Source of the DNA: Nitratiruptor sp.
GTDB taxonomy: Bacteria > Campylobacterota > Campylobacteria > Campylobacterales > Nitratiruptoraceae
Length of the DNA stretch: 64,000 nucleotides
Assembly (NCBI GenBank): GCA_015494535.1
Contig: WGBC01000084.1
Span: 32,801-96,800, forward strand
Direction: 5' to 3'
Made by a program: the position numbers and the translations under genes. The notes under the pieces are model-generated. The model saw only the letters and a program-made list of their open reading frames with translations. It had not been told where the DNA came from and made no database searches. Positions within the stretch are counted from its first letter, which is position 1. Each line of letters starts with the position of its first letter. This document shows, piece by piece, positions 21,609 to 29,877 of this stretch.

Positions 21609-22257
21609 CCTCGATGTAAAAATGCTTGTAAGGGACTTTAAGATTGGAAGGAATGGAGTGCGTCACCACCACAACAGTAGTGCCAAGCTGCTCGTTCGCC
21701 CCCTCCAATAGCCCCCAAATCACTCTTGAAGAGTATTCGTCCAGATTTCCAGTGGGCTCGTCAGCCAAAATGATGACGGGATTGTGCGCAAGCGCTCTTG
21801 CCATCGCCACTCTTTGCTGCTCGCCCCCGCTCAATTCCATAGGATAGTAGTTTTCTTTGCCACTCAGTCGCACATGTTTTAGAAGTCTAGCAGTTTGAGT
21901 TTCGCACACGTTTTTGCTGTATCCGGCTATTAGCAACGGCAGCATAACGTTCTTCTTGACAGTCCACTCCTTAATGAGTTTGTAATCTTGAAAAATGATA
22001 CCCAGATACTTGCGCAAAAAAGCGAGTTTGGAAGGTTTTATGTCATTCAAAGAGACTCCGCCTATTTGCAAGACTCCCTGTTGGGGCTTCAGTTCACCAT
22101 AAAAGGATTTAAGAAGCGTGCTTTTGCCACTCCCACTAGGACCTGTAATAAAAACGAAACTGCCACTTTTGATGGAAAAGGTAGAATCTTTGATAATGGG
22201 TGTGTTTTTCTTGTATTCCAAATAGAGATCTTTTGCGACGATTACATTCTTAGCCAT
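21583..22257 (-). CDS. ftsE: Cell division ATP-binding protein FtsE
   Basis: GPSGSGKST, IFQDYKL, LSGGEQQR and ADEPTGNLD motifs. Confidence 0.92.
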   Translation of the reverse strand: MAKNVIVAKDLYLEYKKNTPIIKDSTFSIKSGSFVFITGPSGSGKSTLLKSFYGELKPQQGVLQIGGVSLNDIKPSKLAFLRKYLGIIFQDYKLIKEWTVKKNVMLPLLIAGYSKNVCETQTARLLKHVRLSGKENYYPMELSGGEQQRVAMARALAHNPVIILADEPTGNLDEYSSRVIWGLLEGANEQLGTTVVVVTHSIPSNLKVPYKHFYIEDGKVYEIS

Positions 22258-23425
22258 TGAGCAACTCTTCAATTTTTTTGTGTGCCTGTATGTTGGCTTG
22301 GGATGCTACAGGTTTTTTGGGAAAATATTGTGCCGAATCTTTGCTTAACAATATATATTTATGCTCGGGTCTATCGAAACTTCCAAAGGAGACTTCAAGA
22401 AGATATCGCTCGTCGTCGATTCTGTAAAGTTTTTCAAAATGGACGAAAAAGTTATCAAAAACTTTTGGCTTCGTATCGAACTTTTGCACTATATCGTCCC
22501 TTAGTCGCAACTTTTGCCAAGAAAAATCGAAGTCTATCTTCAAAGGTGGCGATACCTCAAGGGCTTCCATACGAATATCGTAGATATCTTTGCCCAATCG
22601 CACCCATCTGTCTTCATATTTGCTGCTAATGGGAGGTTCGATATTCTTCGTCACTTCCAGCTTGACCCGTGGCTCCTCCAAAAAGAGTTCCATCGCATAA
22701 TCGAAGTAGAGCCTACTATCCGTGCGAAGCTCCAAAACGCCACCTGGCTTCAACACCCTCTTGGCTTCGTTGATGAAGCTTTGAGAGATCACCCTTCGAT
22801 GCGGTTTTTTGTCCCAAGGCACAGGAAAATGCACGAAGATCTTTCCAACGATATTGGAGGGAACAAACTCCAAAAAGAGTCTTGCGTCGTAATCTATGAT
22901 ATAGAGGTTTTTGAGGTTTTTTATGGCTATTTGCTTGAGCACTTGCTCGATGGATGGCTTGTGGATCTCTATACCGATAAACACTATATCTGGATTGTTT
23001 TGAGCCTGATAGAGCAGATGTCTTCCACTGCCAAACCCCACCTCTATCCAGACCTCTTTGGCTTTTGGAAAGTTGTTGATGAAAAAATCGATCTCTTTGA
23101 AAAACTCTTTCGACTTCTCTATATGTGTTTTTTTGATGATAGAGAGGTTGTCGTGCACGATGTCGCAATGTGCGAGCTCGCAAAAGTTTCGCAACGCTTC
23201 TTTGACAATGTATGTAGGAGAGACTCTCGTGATTTTATCCGATTTGATGACAAAAGCGTCATCTTTTGGTTTGATCTCCAGTAAAAACTCCCTACCCTCG
23301 CACTTCACAGCCACCAGATAGTCACTTGCGTTCTTCACAGGCTCGGCTACCCACAAAAACTCACACTCCCCAGCTTTTGCTGGGGTAGGAAAAAGTTTGA
23401 AATCTCTCGCTACGATATGTGGCAT
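22250..23425 (-). CDS. trmB: tRNA (guanine-N7)-methyltransferase TrmB (long Campylobacterota form)
   Basis: EVGFGSG, HFPVPWDKKPHRR, LRTD and SKYE motifs. Confidence 0.92.
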   Translation of the reverse strand: MPHIVARDFKLFPTPAKAGECEFLWVAEPVKNASDYLVAVKCEGREFLLEIKPKDDAFVIKSDKITRVSPTYIVKEALRNFCELAHCDIVHDNLSIIKKTHIEKSKEFFKEIDFFINNFPKAKEVWIEVGFGSGRHLLYQAQNNPDIVFIGIEIHKPSIEQVLKQIAIKNLKNLYIIDYDARLFLEFVPSNIVGKIFVHFPVPWDKKPHRRVISQSFINEAKRVLKPGGVLELRTDSRLYFDYAMELFLEEPRVKLEVTKNIEPPISSKYEDRWVRLGKDIYDIRMEALEVSPPLKIDFDFSWQKLRLRDDIVQKFDTKPKVFDNFFVHFEKLYRIDDERYLLEVSFGSFDRPEHKYILLSKDSAQYFPKKPVASQANIQAHKKIEELLNG

Positions 23426-24657
23426 TACTTTTCTATTTTGAACTCGATTTTTTCGCTGGGTTTCGATTTGATTCCGTTTTCATCCACTGCGATTATCTCG
23501 TAAATATATTTTCTACCAGGCTTCAAACCGGCATCGCTAAAACTCGTACCCGTGATATTTGTGAAAACATACTCTTTTGCTTGCAAAAATCCGGCAACTT
23601 CGCGTTTTTTGATGATATATTTGACCGCCCTTTTATCAGGCGATCTCCAAGTGACGAAGAATGTGTTGCCTTCGATTTTATGTTCCACGACGATAGGACT
23701 CATTGGTTTTGGCAATGTTTTTCCCACTACAGGCACGTCTTGCTTGAAGCTTTCGAGTCCATCCTTATCAACTGCTGTAACTTTATAATATCGCTTTACA
23801 CCATCTTCATTGATAAGATCAACATACTCCGTCTTCCTCGTCTTTGCAGCTATGACGTATGGACCGATTTCGAAGATGCTTTTATAGACGTTGTAGTGAT
23901 CGATATCCGGCTCGCTATTTGGCTGCCATCTAATAATTATCTTTTTGGGCAGGTTCGTGGTAGCACTCAATCCTTGCACGATCTTTGGTCTCGGCTTGGT
24001 GGATGCTTGGACTATTTTGCTAGGCTTTGAGATGATGCCATCGCAAGTTTTCACTTTGATTCTATAGAGATAGATTCTATTGTCTTTCAATCCTTTGTCT
24101 ATATACTCCGCATGCAAGCGCCCTTTGATTGTGGCGATTTTTTCCCATTTTTGCTTATTTGGCTCGCTACGCTCTATTATATACCATTCCACTCTTTGGT
24201 ATGGATGGGGGCGCCAGATGAGTTTGACCTCTCTTGGGAGGTGATCGATTGCTTCGATAAACGGCACAGATTCTGGAATCGGCAGTGTGCGCACCCTCAC
24301 TGGCTCGCTAGGAGCAGACTCTCTTTTGTCTTTCGTAAAGGTACTGATGGTATAGAGATAGTTCGTATCGGGTTTGAGTCCTTTATCGATGAAGTGTGAG
24401 CTATATCTATCCTCGATAGTAGCTATGCGCTTTAGCTTGCCGCCCTCTTTGCCACGATAAAGATAGTAGCCTTCAATCTTTTCACTATAAATCGGGCTCC
24501 ACTCCAGTGCCACGCTCGTAATATCCGCCAATGTCCTAACCTGCTGCACCTTTGGCAGGCTCAGATCAATTTTTGGCTTAGTGGGTCGAGGCTGTAGCCC
24601 ACACCCCGTTAGAAAAATCAAACCACTTATCAAAATTATCTGGATCAATCTTCTCAT
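23425..24657 (-). CDS. Fibronectin type III repeat lipoprotein (FlpA-like)
   Basis: Lipobox FLTGC; about four FN3 repeats (W...Y.I.R...D.GL...Y.Y.V.A...S.PS). Confidence 0.85.
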   Translation of the reverse strand: MRRLIQIILISGLIFLTGCGLQPRPTKPKIDLSLPKVQQVRTLADITSVALEWSPIYSEKIEGYYLYRGKEGGKLKRIATIEDRYSSHFIDKGLKPDTNYLYTISTFTKDKRESAPSEPVRVRTLPIPESVPFIEAIDHLPREVKLIWRPHPYQRVEWYIIERSEPNKQKWEKIATIKGRLHAEYIDKGLKDNRIYLYRIKVKTCDGIISKPSKIVQASTKPRPKIVQGLSATTNLPKKIIIRWQPNSEPDIDHYNVYKSIFEIGPYVIAAKTRKTEYVDLINEDGVKRYYKVTAVDKDGLESFKQDVPVVGKTLPKPMSPIVVEHKIEGNTFFVTWRSPDKRAVKYIIKKREVAGFLQAKEYVFTNITGTSFSDAGLKPGRKYIYEIIAVDENGIKSKPSEKIEFKIEK

Positions 24658-25570
24658 CTACATGCTCCCTCGTGAAATTTTCTTTGATGAATGCAAGCAT
24701 ATCCTGTGGCAGCGGTGCCACGAAACGCATCATCTTTTTGCTTCTTGGATGCTCGAGATAGAGTATATAAGCGTGCAAAAAAACTCTAGGTATTGTAGCT
24801 TTTTTGCTCTTAAAGCCGTATAAACTATCACCTAGGATATGGCGATTGATAGAGGCCAAATGGACCCGTATCTGATGCGTCCTGCCGCTAAAGAGCTTGG
24901 CTCCTATGAGTTCGTACCTCTCATTGTCGCTAAGTGCGATTTTGGCAAATGCGCTTTTTGCCTCTTTGGCATTTTTTATTATCGACATTTTCAAACGATT
25001 TTTTGGATTTCTCCCTATTGGCTTATCCACTATGATATTTTCTTTGAGCGGAGGAGTGATAATGGCAAGGTAGTATCTACCCATCTGCCTGGTTTGCAGC
25101 TGCTTGGCCAAATGCAGATGCGCTTCGTTGTTCTTTGCCACCACCAAAAGCCCGCTTGTCTCCTTGTCGATCCTGTGTACTATGCCGTGGCGCTCCTCGC
25201 CGCTTAATGTAGAGAGCCTAATGCCCCTGTTTTTTAGCCAATCCACGAGCGTGGCACCTTTGTAGCTGGCAGCCGGGTGTACCACCACACCAGGAGGCTT
25301 GTCGATGATCAGAATATCCTCATCTTCGTAGACGACCTTCACATCAAAATCCACCTCCTTGGCTTCGCTTTTGGCAACTTCTGGAAAGGATACGACTATG
25401 TTTTGCCCGGTTAGCAGCTTCGTACCAGGTTTGGTGACAATTTTGCCATCGACTTTGACGCACCCTTTTTTGATAAGTTTTTCTATTTGGTTGCGGCTTT
25501 TTTGCAATTTTTGCACCAAAAATTTGTCAAGCCGCTCCTCTTCTTCGCTTCGAAAGGCTACTTCATCCAA
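24578..25570 (-). CDS. rluD: RluA/RluD family 23S rRNA pseudouridine synthase
   Basis: S4 domain RLDKFL, GIVHRIDKETSG and GRTHQIRVH motifs; TTG start at 25570 follows AAGGA. Confidence 0.92.
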   Translation of the reverse strand: MDEVAFRSEEEERLDKFLVQKLQKSRNQIEKLIKKGCVKVDGKIVTKPGTKLLTGQNIVVSFPEVAKSEAKEVDFDVKVVYEDEDILIIDKPPGVVVHPAASYKGATLVDWLKNRGIRLSTLSGEERHGIVHRIDKETSGLLVVAKNNEAHLHLAKQLQTRQMGRYYLAIITPPLKENIIVDKPIGRNPKNRLKMSIIKNAKEAKSAFAKIALSDNERYELIGAKLFSGRTHQIRVHLASINRHILGDSLYGFKSKKATIPRVFLHAYILYLEHPRSKKMMRFVAPLPQDMLAFIKENFTREHVDEKIDPDNFDKWFDFSNGVWATASTH

Positions 25571-25607
25571 CGTTAATCCTTGTTTGGCTATAATTATGAT
25601 AAAAAAG

Positions 25608-26720
25608 ATGTTGTGGATAGATAGAAGAATATTAACACATTTCGATACCATCTTACTACTACTTATTCTGCCAATTATACTGCTCTCAAATTACTTGATC
25701 GCCGATGTGAACGAGGTGCTGGCAAAAAAGCAGCTTATCTACTACACTATTGGCTTCATCGCTTTTTGGGTGGCCTTCTTGTTGCCGCTTCGCGAATATA
25801 AATGGCTCATACCCTCAATTTACTGGTTCAATATCTTGCTTTTGGTGGCTGTCGATTTTTTTGGAGTGAGTAAACTTGGGGCAAAAAGATGGATCGAGAT
25901 CCCCTTCACCCACTTCACGATCCAACCCTCCGAGATATTCAAACCGGCATTCATCCTCATGCTCGCATACATTATCCACAACAATCCTCCAGACAAAGAG
26001 GGGTATGGCTGGAAGGACTTTATCAAGATATCTTTTTATATACTGCTACCATTCATACTTATCGCAAAAGAGCCGGACCTGGGCACTGCTCTCATTTTGC
26101 TCATCATTGGCTATGGCGTGCTCTTCGTAGTGGGCGTCAATTGGAAAATATGGGCGACACTTGCTCTTTTCATTGCACTCTTTGCACCCATTTCATACAA
26201 ATATCTCTTGCACGACTACCAAAAAAAGCGTATCCAAGATTTCCTTAGTGAAAAGCCAAGTTACCATGTCCAGCAATCTATCATAGCCATCGGCTCGGGA
26301 GGATTAAATGGCAAGCCGACCAACGAGGCCACGCAAACGAAGCTCCGTTTTTTGCCGATTGCAACGAGCGATTTCATTTTTGCCTACTATGTGGAGCGGT
26401 TTGGATTTTTTGGCGCTATAGGTCTTGTTGTGCTCTATGCACTGCTGATACTACACCTCTTTTCTATCTTTTTCAAGCTCAAAGGGGATTATTTTACGCA
26501 AGTCGTAGCTATAAGTATTTCGTTTTTGATATTTACCTATATGAGTGTCAATATAGCGATGACTATCGGTTTGGCGCCTGTGGTGGGAGTGCCTTTACCG
26601 CTCTTTAGCTATGGGGGAAGCAGCTTTGTCAACTTCATGATACTCTTTGGGCTACTAGAGCATCTTCTTGCTTTTCGCTTTAGATTTTTGTATAATTCCA
26701 CTCACGTTTACAAAACGTAA
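25608..26720 (+). CDS. rodA: Rod shape-determining protein RodA (SEDS family)
   Basis: GAKRWI, QPSE, PDLGT, AIGSGG and PLFSYGGSS motifs. Confidence 0.95.
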   Translation: MLWIDRRILTHFDTILLLLILPIILLSNYLIADVNEVLAKKQLIYYTIGFIAFWVAFLLPLREYKWLIPSIYWFNILLLVAVDFFGVSKLGAKRWIEIPFTHFTIQPSEIFKPAFILMLAYIIHNNPPDKEGYGWKDFIKISFYILLPFILIAKEPDLGTALILLIIGYGVLFVVGVNWKIWATLALFIALFAPISYKYLLHDYQKKRIQDFLSEKPSYHVQQSIIAIGSGGLNGKPTNEATQTKLRFLPIATSDFIFAYYVERFGFFGAIGLVVLYALLILHLFSIFFKLKGDYFTQVVAISISFLIFTYMSVNIAMTIGLAPVVGVPLPLFSYGGSSFVNFMILFGLLEHLLAFRFRFLYNSTHVYKT

Positions 26721-26742
26721 CTTCTGCAACTAGAGCTTTTGG

Positions 26743-26819
26743 GGGCCTGTAGCTCAGTTGGTTAGAGCAACCGGCTCATAACCGGTTGGTCGCAGGTTCG
26801 AGTCCTGCCAGGCCCACCA
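26743..26819 (+). tRNA. tRNA with CAT anticodon, most likely tRNA-Ile2 (lysidine-modified)
   Basis: Acceptor stem GGGCCTG/CAGGCCC, anticodon loop CTCATAA, GGTTCGA T-loop, encoded CCA; lacks the initiator C1:A72 mismatch and the GGG/CCC anticodon stem. Confidence 0.92.
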
Positions 26820-26855
26820 AGCATTCTAAAACGCTATTTTCTCCGATTTAAAACC

Positions 26856-27305
26856 CTATAGAAAGTTCCTTAGTTGAATCGCATACCAAAGAATCACAAG
26901 ATTAAGCAAGAATATCGCCATACTGCTTGCGCGAGAAAGAATTTTTTGCAGATTCGTTCGATCTTTTCCATTGGTTTTGAAAGCTATATACATGTGCACT
27001 ACAGTAGCGACAGTGATGAGAGCAACAAAGATAAGTTTATATTGCAAAACGCTTGCAAGATCTTCTATTTTCTCATTGAAAAACACTTTATCAAGACCAA
27101 AATCGTAAAACATCCACAAACCAGTAATGATCAAAACAGTAAGCCAAACGCTCTCCACATACCCATAAATTGGCCCTACATAAAAATAGACTCTCTTTTG
27201 CGCCTCTTTATCACGCAAAAACACTCCCAACGCAAAGAGAAAGACGCTACCCCCAATCCAAACAGTAGCCGCTAAAATATGAATATATAAAACGATATCC
27301 ATCAT
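26856..27305 (-). CDS. Four-TM membrane protein, CopD/DUF4149-like
   Basis: HILAATVWIGG motif, four hydrophobic segments, second His in TM3. Confidence 0.6.
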   Translation of the reverse strand: MMDIVLYIHILAATVWIGGSVFLFALGVFLRDKEAQKRVYFYVGPIYGYVESVWLTVLIITGLWMFYDFGLDKVFFNEKIEDLASVLQYKLIFVALITVATVVHMYIAFKTNGKDRTNLQKILSRASSMAIFLLNLVILWYAIQLRNFL

Positions 27306-27841
27306 CTTTTTGGGTATCTCCAGTAGCGAGGTGTGCCAGTATCGATATGGACGAAATTTGATCGTGGATAGTAGCCCACTCCTCCTTTGCGCAAAGAGAG
27401 TGCAGCATATTTGAGAGTGGAGAGTCTAACGCCAGGTATGCGTATATCTACCGCTTTTCCTTGCATGTGGTAGCTCTTTTTGGCCACGCCTCTGCTTGCA
27501 TGGCGCAGCAAAGAGTTGGTACGTTTGGATCGATACCCAGAAATAATGTAGATATCTTTTTTGGCACCAACCAATGAATAGATATCATGCATATAATCAT
27601 AAAGAGACACATCAATAGGATGTATTTGCTGTGCTCTAAAATCTCGTAAAATGTATTCAAGATTGGCTATCTCGTCGTAGATATATTCGCCATTTGCCCA
27701 GTAGATGGCATCCACCCTCTCTGCTGTATGGATATTGTACAAAGAGAGCTTCTTTTCCAATCGTTTAGCGTGAGAGTTGGAAGGTATAAATGCTATAGAA
27801 CCAAAAAGAAGGCTCGTTTTGAGAAAATCTCTTCTATTCAT
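27302..27841 (-). CDS. mepK: YcbK/MepK-like peptidase M15 (DUF882), Tat-exported
   Basis: NRRDFLK twin-arginine signal; ISGYRS, SYHMQGKAVD and FVHIDTG motifs. Confidence 0.88.
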   Translation of the reverse strand: MNRRDFLKTSLLFGSIAFIPSNSHAKRLEKKLSLYNIHTAERVDAIYWANGEYIYDEIANLEYILRDFRAQQIHPIDVSLYDYMHDIYSLVGAKKDIYIISGYRSKRTNSLLRHASRGVAKKSYHMQGKAVDIRIPGVRLSTLKYAALSLRKGGVGYYPRSNFVHIDTGTPRYWRYPKR

Positions 27842-29313
27842 TTCTTAACCCCTTCTTTAGTGGCTATTTTATCATAACCATGGAGTTTTTTGTATGAAAG
27901 CATCTTTTTATCGATCCCATAAATATCTGGATAAAAATGGATTGTATCATCTTTATCCATAAAAACAGTCAAATAGAGCAGATAAACGGGGATGTTGGGG
28001 CGAATGGGGATCTTTTTATTTTGTGACTCCCACAAAATATCAAAAATATCCCTATAATCCATCTCCTTTCCGATATGCGCCATAAAAAGATGCATCAGCT
28101 CTATCGGTTTTTGCACCCTCACACAGCCTGAACTGAGCGCCCTATATTCATATTTGAATAGATGTCTTGCGTTGGTATCGTGTAAATAGACATCGAAACG
28201 ATTGGGAAACATAAACTTCACAAAACCCAAAAAGTTATGCGGACCTGGCAGTTGCAAAAAGGTCACTTTAGATGCATTTCCATCCGATGCGTTCCAATCT
28301 ATCGCCTCGAATGGCACTAACTCTTTGCCAAATGAATCCAAAGCGGCTACAATGTGTTCGTCACGAATCTTTTGAAATTCCCCCTTTTGCAAGTGGGGCA
28401 AGATATCCTCTTCAATGATTGTTTTAGGTGCGCGCCAATATGGATTGAGCACGGCATAGGAGATGACATTACGCATCTGTGGCGTAGGACGGCTTTTTCT
28501 GCCTACAATCACTTTAGAATAAAAAATCGGCTCACCCTTTTCATAGACTTGCATAAAAAAACCTGGGATATCCACGAATACGAAAAAGTCGTCGTCTCTG
28601 ACAAACCAACGAGCCCTCTCTATATTGAGCAGAATCTGTTCGATTTTCTCATCTACGCTTCTATTCATGGTCTTTATAGTCATAGGGCCGATGACGCCAT
28701 CGGCTTTGAGCCCATGGGCTGCTTGAAAGGCTTTAATAGCCTCATACAACTCACCATCAAAAAGGGTATCGTTATACTCAAACTCTCCAAAGCCTTCTAT
28801 TTCCAATCTTTTTTTGATAGCAGGCACCACGTCATAATTTTTGCCTCTTTTTAGATACACAAAGTCCTGAATAGAGATTTTTTGCCAGCCACCAGACTTC
28901 TTGATAGCAAGATATTTTTGCAAGATGGCACGTAGCTTCTTTAAGATAGGATTTGATTCGTCTGCAAGATTTTCGCTTGCCGCATACAAAAAATTGTCTT
29001 CCAAAAAAACCGCAGGATCGTAGCAACCAGTAGACTTGACTACATTATATATATTCGCGATCCTATTGGCCTCTTCTATGAGAGAAGCGGCCAAAGCTTC
29101 GTCCTGGACATAGGAATACCCATCAATGAGGTTTTTGAGCGAGGCCAAATCTATATTGTCTTTGCACAATAAAGTAGGATCATGTTCAATAGAGTCTATC
29201 AGTTTATATAGCGCAGGGCTTATCTTGTTCTCTACTATCCATCGGTTTTGTGTAAAGTTGGTTTCAGAGAAAATCATCGAAAATAAAATAAAAAATAAAA
29301 TAGCTATTCTCAT
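27838..29313 (-). CDS. ycbB: L,D-transpeptidase YcbB/LdtD-like with PG-binding domain
   Basis: AIKAFQAAHGLKADG PG-binding motif; KFMFPN...YLHDT...SSGCVR catalytic region. Confidence 0.88.
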   Translation of the reverse strand: MRIAILFFILFSMIFSETNFTQNRWIVENKISPALYKLIDSIEHDPTLLCKDNIDLASLKNLIDGYSYVQDEALAASLIEEANRIANIYNVVKSTGCYDPAVFLEDNFLYAASENLADESNPILKKLRAILQKYLAIKKSGGWQKISIQDFVYLKRGKNYDVVPAIKKRLEIEGFGEFEYNDTLFDGELYEAIKAFQAAHGLKADGVIGPMTIKTMNRSVDEKIEQILLNIERARWFVRDDDFFVFVDIPGFFMQVYEKGEPIFYSKVIVGRKSRPTPQMRNVISYAVLNPYWRAPKTIIEEDILPHLQKGEFQKIRDEHIVAALDSFGKELVPFEAIDWNASDGNASKVTFLQLPGPHNFLGFVKFMFPNRFDVYLHDTNARHLFKYEYRALSSGCVRVQKPIELMHLFMAHIGKEMDYRDIFDILWESQNKKIPIRPNIPVYLLYLTVFMDKDDTIHFYPDIYGIDKKMLSYKKLHGYDKIATKEGVKK

Positions 29314-29377
29314 ACTTCTCCTAATTTTACATTAAGAATTTTTTATTATAATTTCAATCACATTTACAAAGCCTTTT

Positions 29378-29452
29378 GGCCCCATCGTCTAGCGGTTAGG
29401 ACACCGCCCTTTCACGGCGGTGACGGGGGTTCGAGTCCCCCTGGGGTCGCCA
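29378..29452 (+). tRNA. tRNA-Glu (TTC)
   Basis: GGCCCCA...CTTTCAC anticodon loop, GGTTCGA, TGGGGTCGCCA end; TATAAT upstream at 29347. Confidence 0.95.
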
Positions 29453-29863
29453 CTAATGCTCATTTTTCTCCTGACTTTCAAGCTCATCCAAATACTCAGC
29501 AACAGGATCGTTTGGGTCTTTAATAGATTTATCCAGTGTTTTGTCTGCATATTTTGCGTCTTCATCTCTTGGATCGTCGCTCACGTCTTTAAACTGATGG
29601 ATATCTATATGATTGTGGCGGCGAATCTCTTCCAGAATCTCCTCTTGGATGGCAATCTCTTCGTCATCGATGGCGCACACTTTCGTAGCACTCTCTTCAT
29701 TCAAAAGCTTTTGTTCCAATTCCAACTCTTTCTTGACAATAGCTTCGTTTTTGATGAATTTGTGCAAGGTTTTAAGAATCTCCAGCTGCGCCTCTTCACT
29801 AAGCTTGGCGAAATTCTCCGCTACATACGCTTTAAGTTCCGCTAGGTTTTTGGGTAGTTCCAT
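29453..29863 (-). CDS. Hypothetical acidic, helical protein (136 aa)
   Basis: AAGGAG SD before ATG 29863; open frame; no family recognised. Confidence 0.7.
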   Translation of the reverse strand: MELPKNLAELKAYVAENFAKLSEEAQLEILKTLHKFIKNEAIVKKELELEQKLLNEESATKVCAIDDEEIAIQEEILEEIRRHNHIDIHQFKDVSDDPRDEDAKYADKTLDKSIKDPNDPVAEYLDELESQEKNEH

Positions 29864-29877
29864 GTTGGCTCCTTTTT

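Noticed and set aside
22250-23425. Unusually long TrmB as a novel fusion
   Set aside because: TrmB of about 390 aa is the usual form in Campylobacterota at this locus.
22514-24030. Long plus-strand ORFs (256 aa and 203 aa) opposite trmB and the FN3 gene
   Set aside because: Antisense shadows of well-supported genes, with no recognisable motifs or SD.
23425-24657. FlpA-like adhesin as a sign of pathogenicity
   Set aside because: It is part of the conserved rluD-FN3-trmB-ftsEX block, so it is not evidence of a virulence island.
25359-25651. N-terminal extensions of rodA and rluD given by the ORF track (also hemH, folD, TBDR, deacetylase)
   Set aside because: They overlap neighbouring genes; downstream starts fit the SD position or the family N-terminus better.
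26743-29452. Integrative element or prophage at the tRNAs
   Set aside because: No integrase, transposase or duplicated tRNA 3' end (att) seen; kept only as a possible islet.
29420-29845. 141-aa plus-strand ORF
   Set aside because: Starts inside tRNA-Glu and is antisense to an ORF that has a strong SD.
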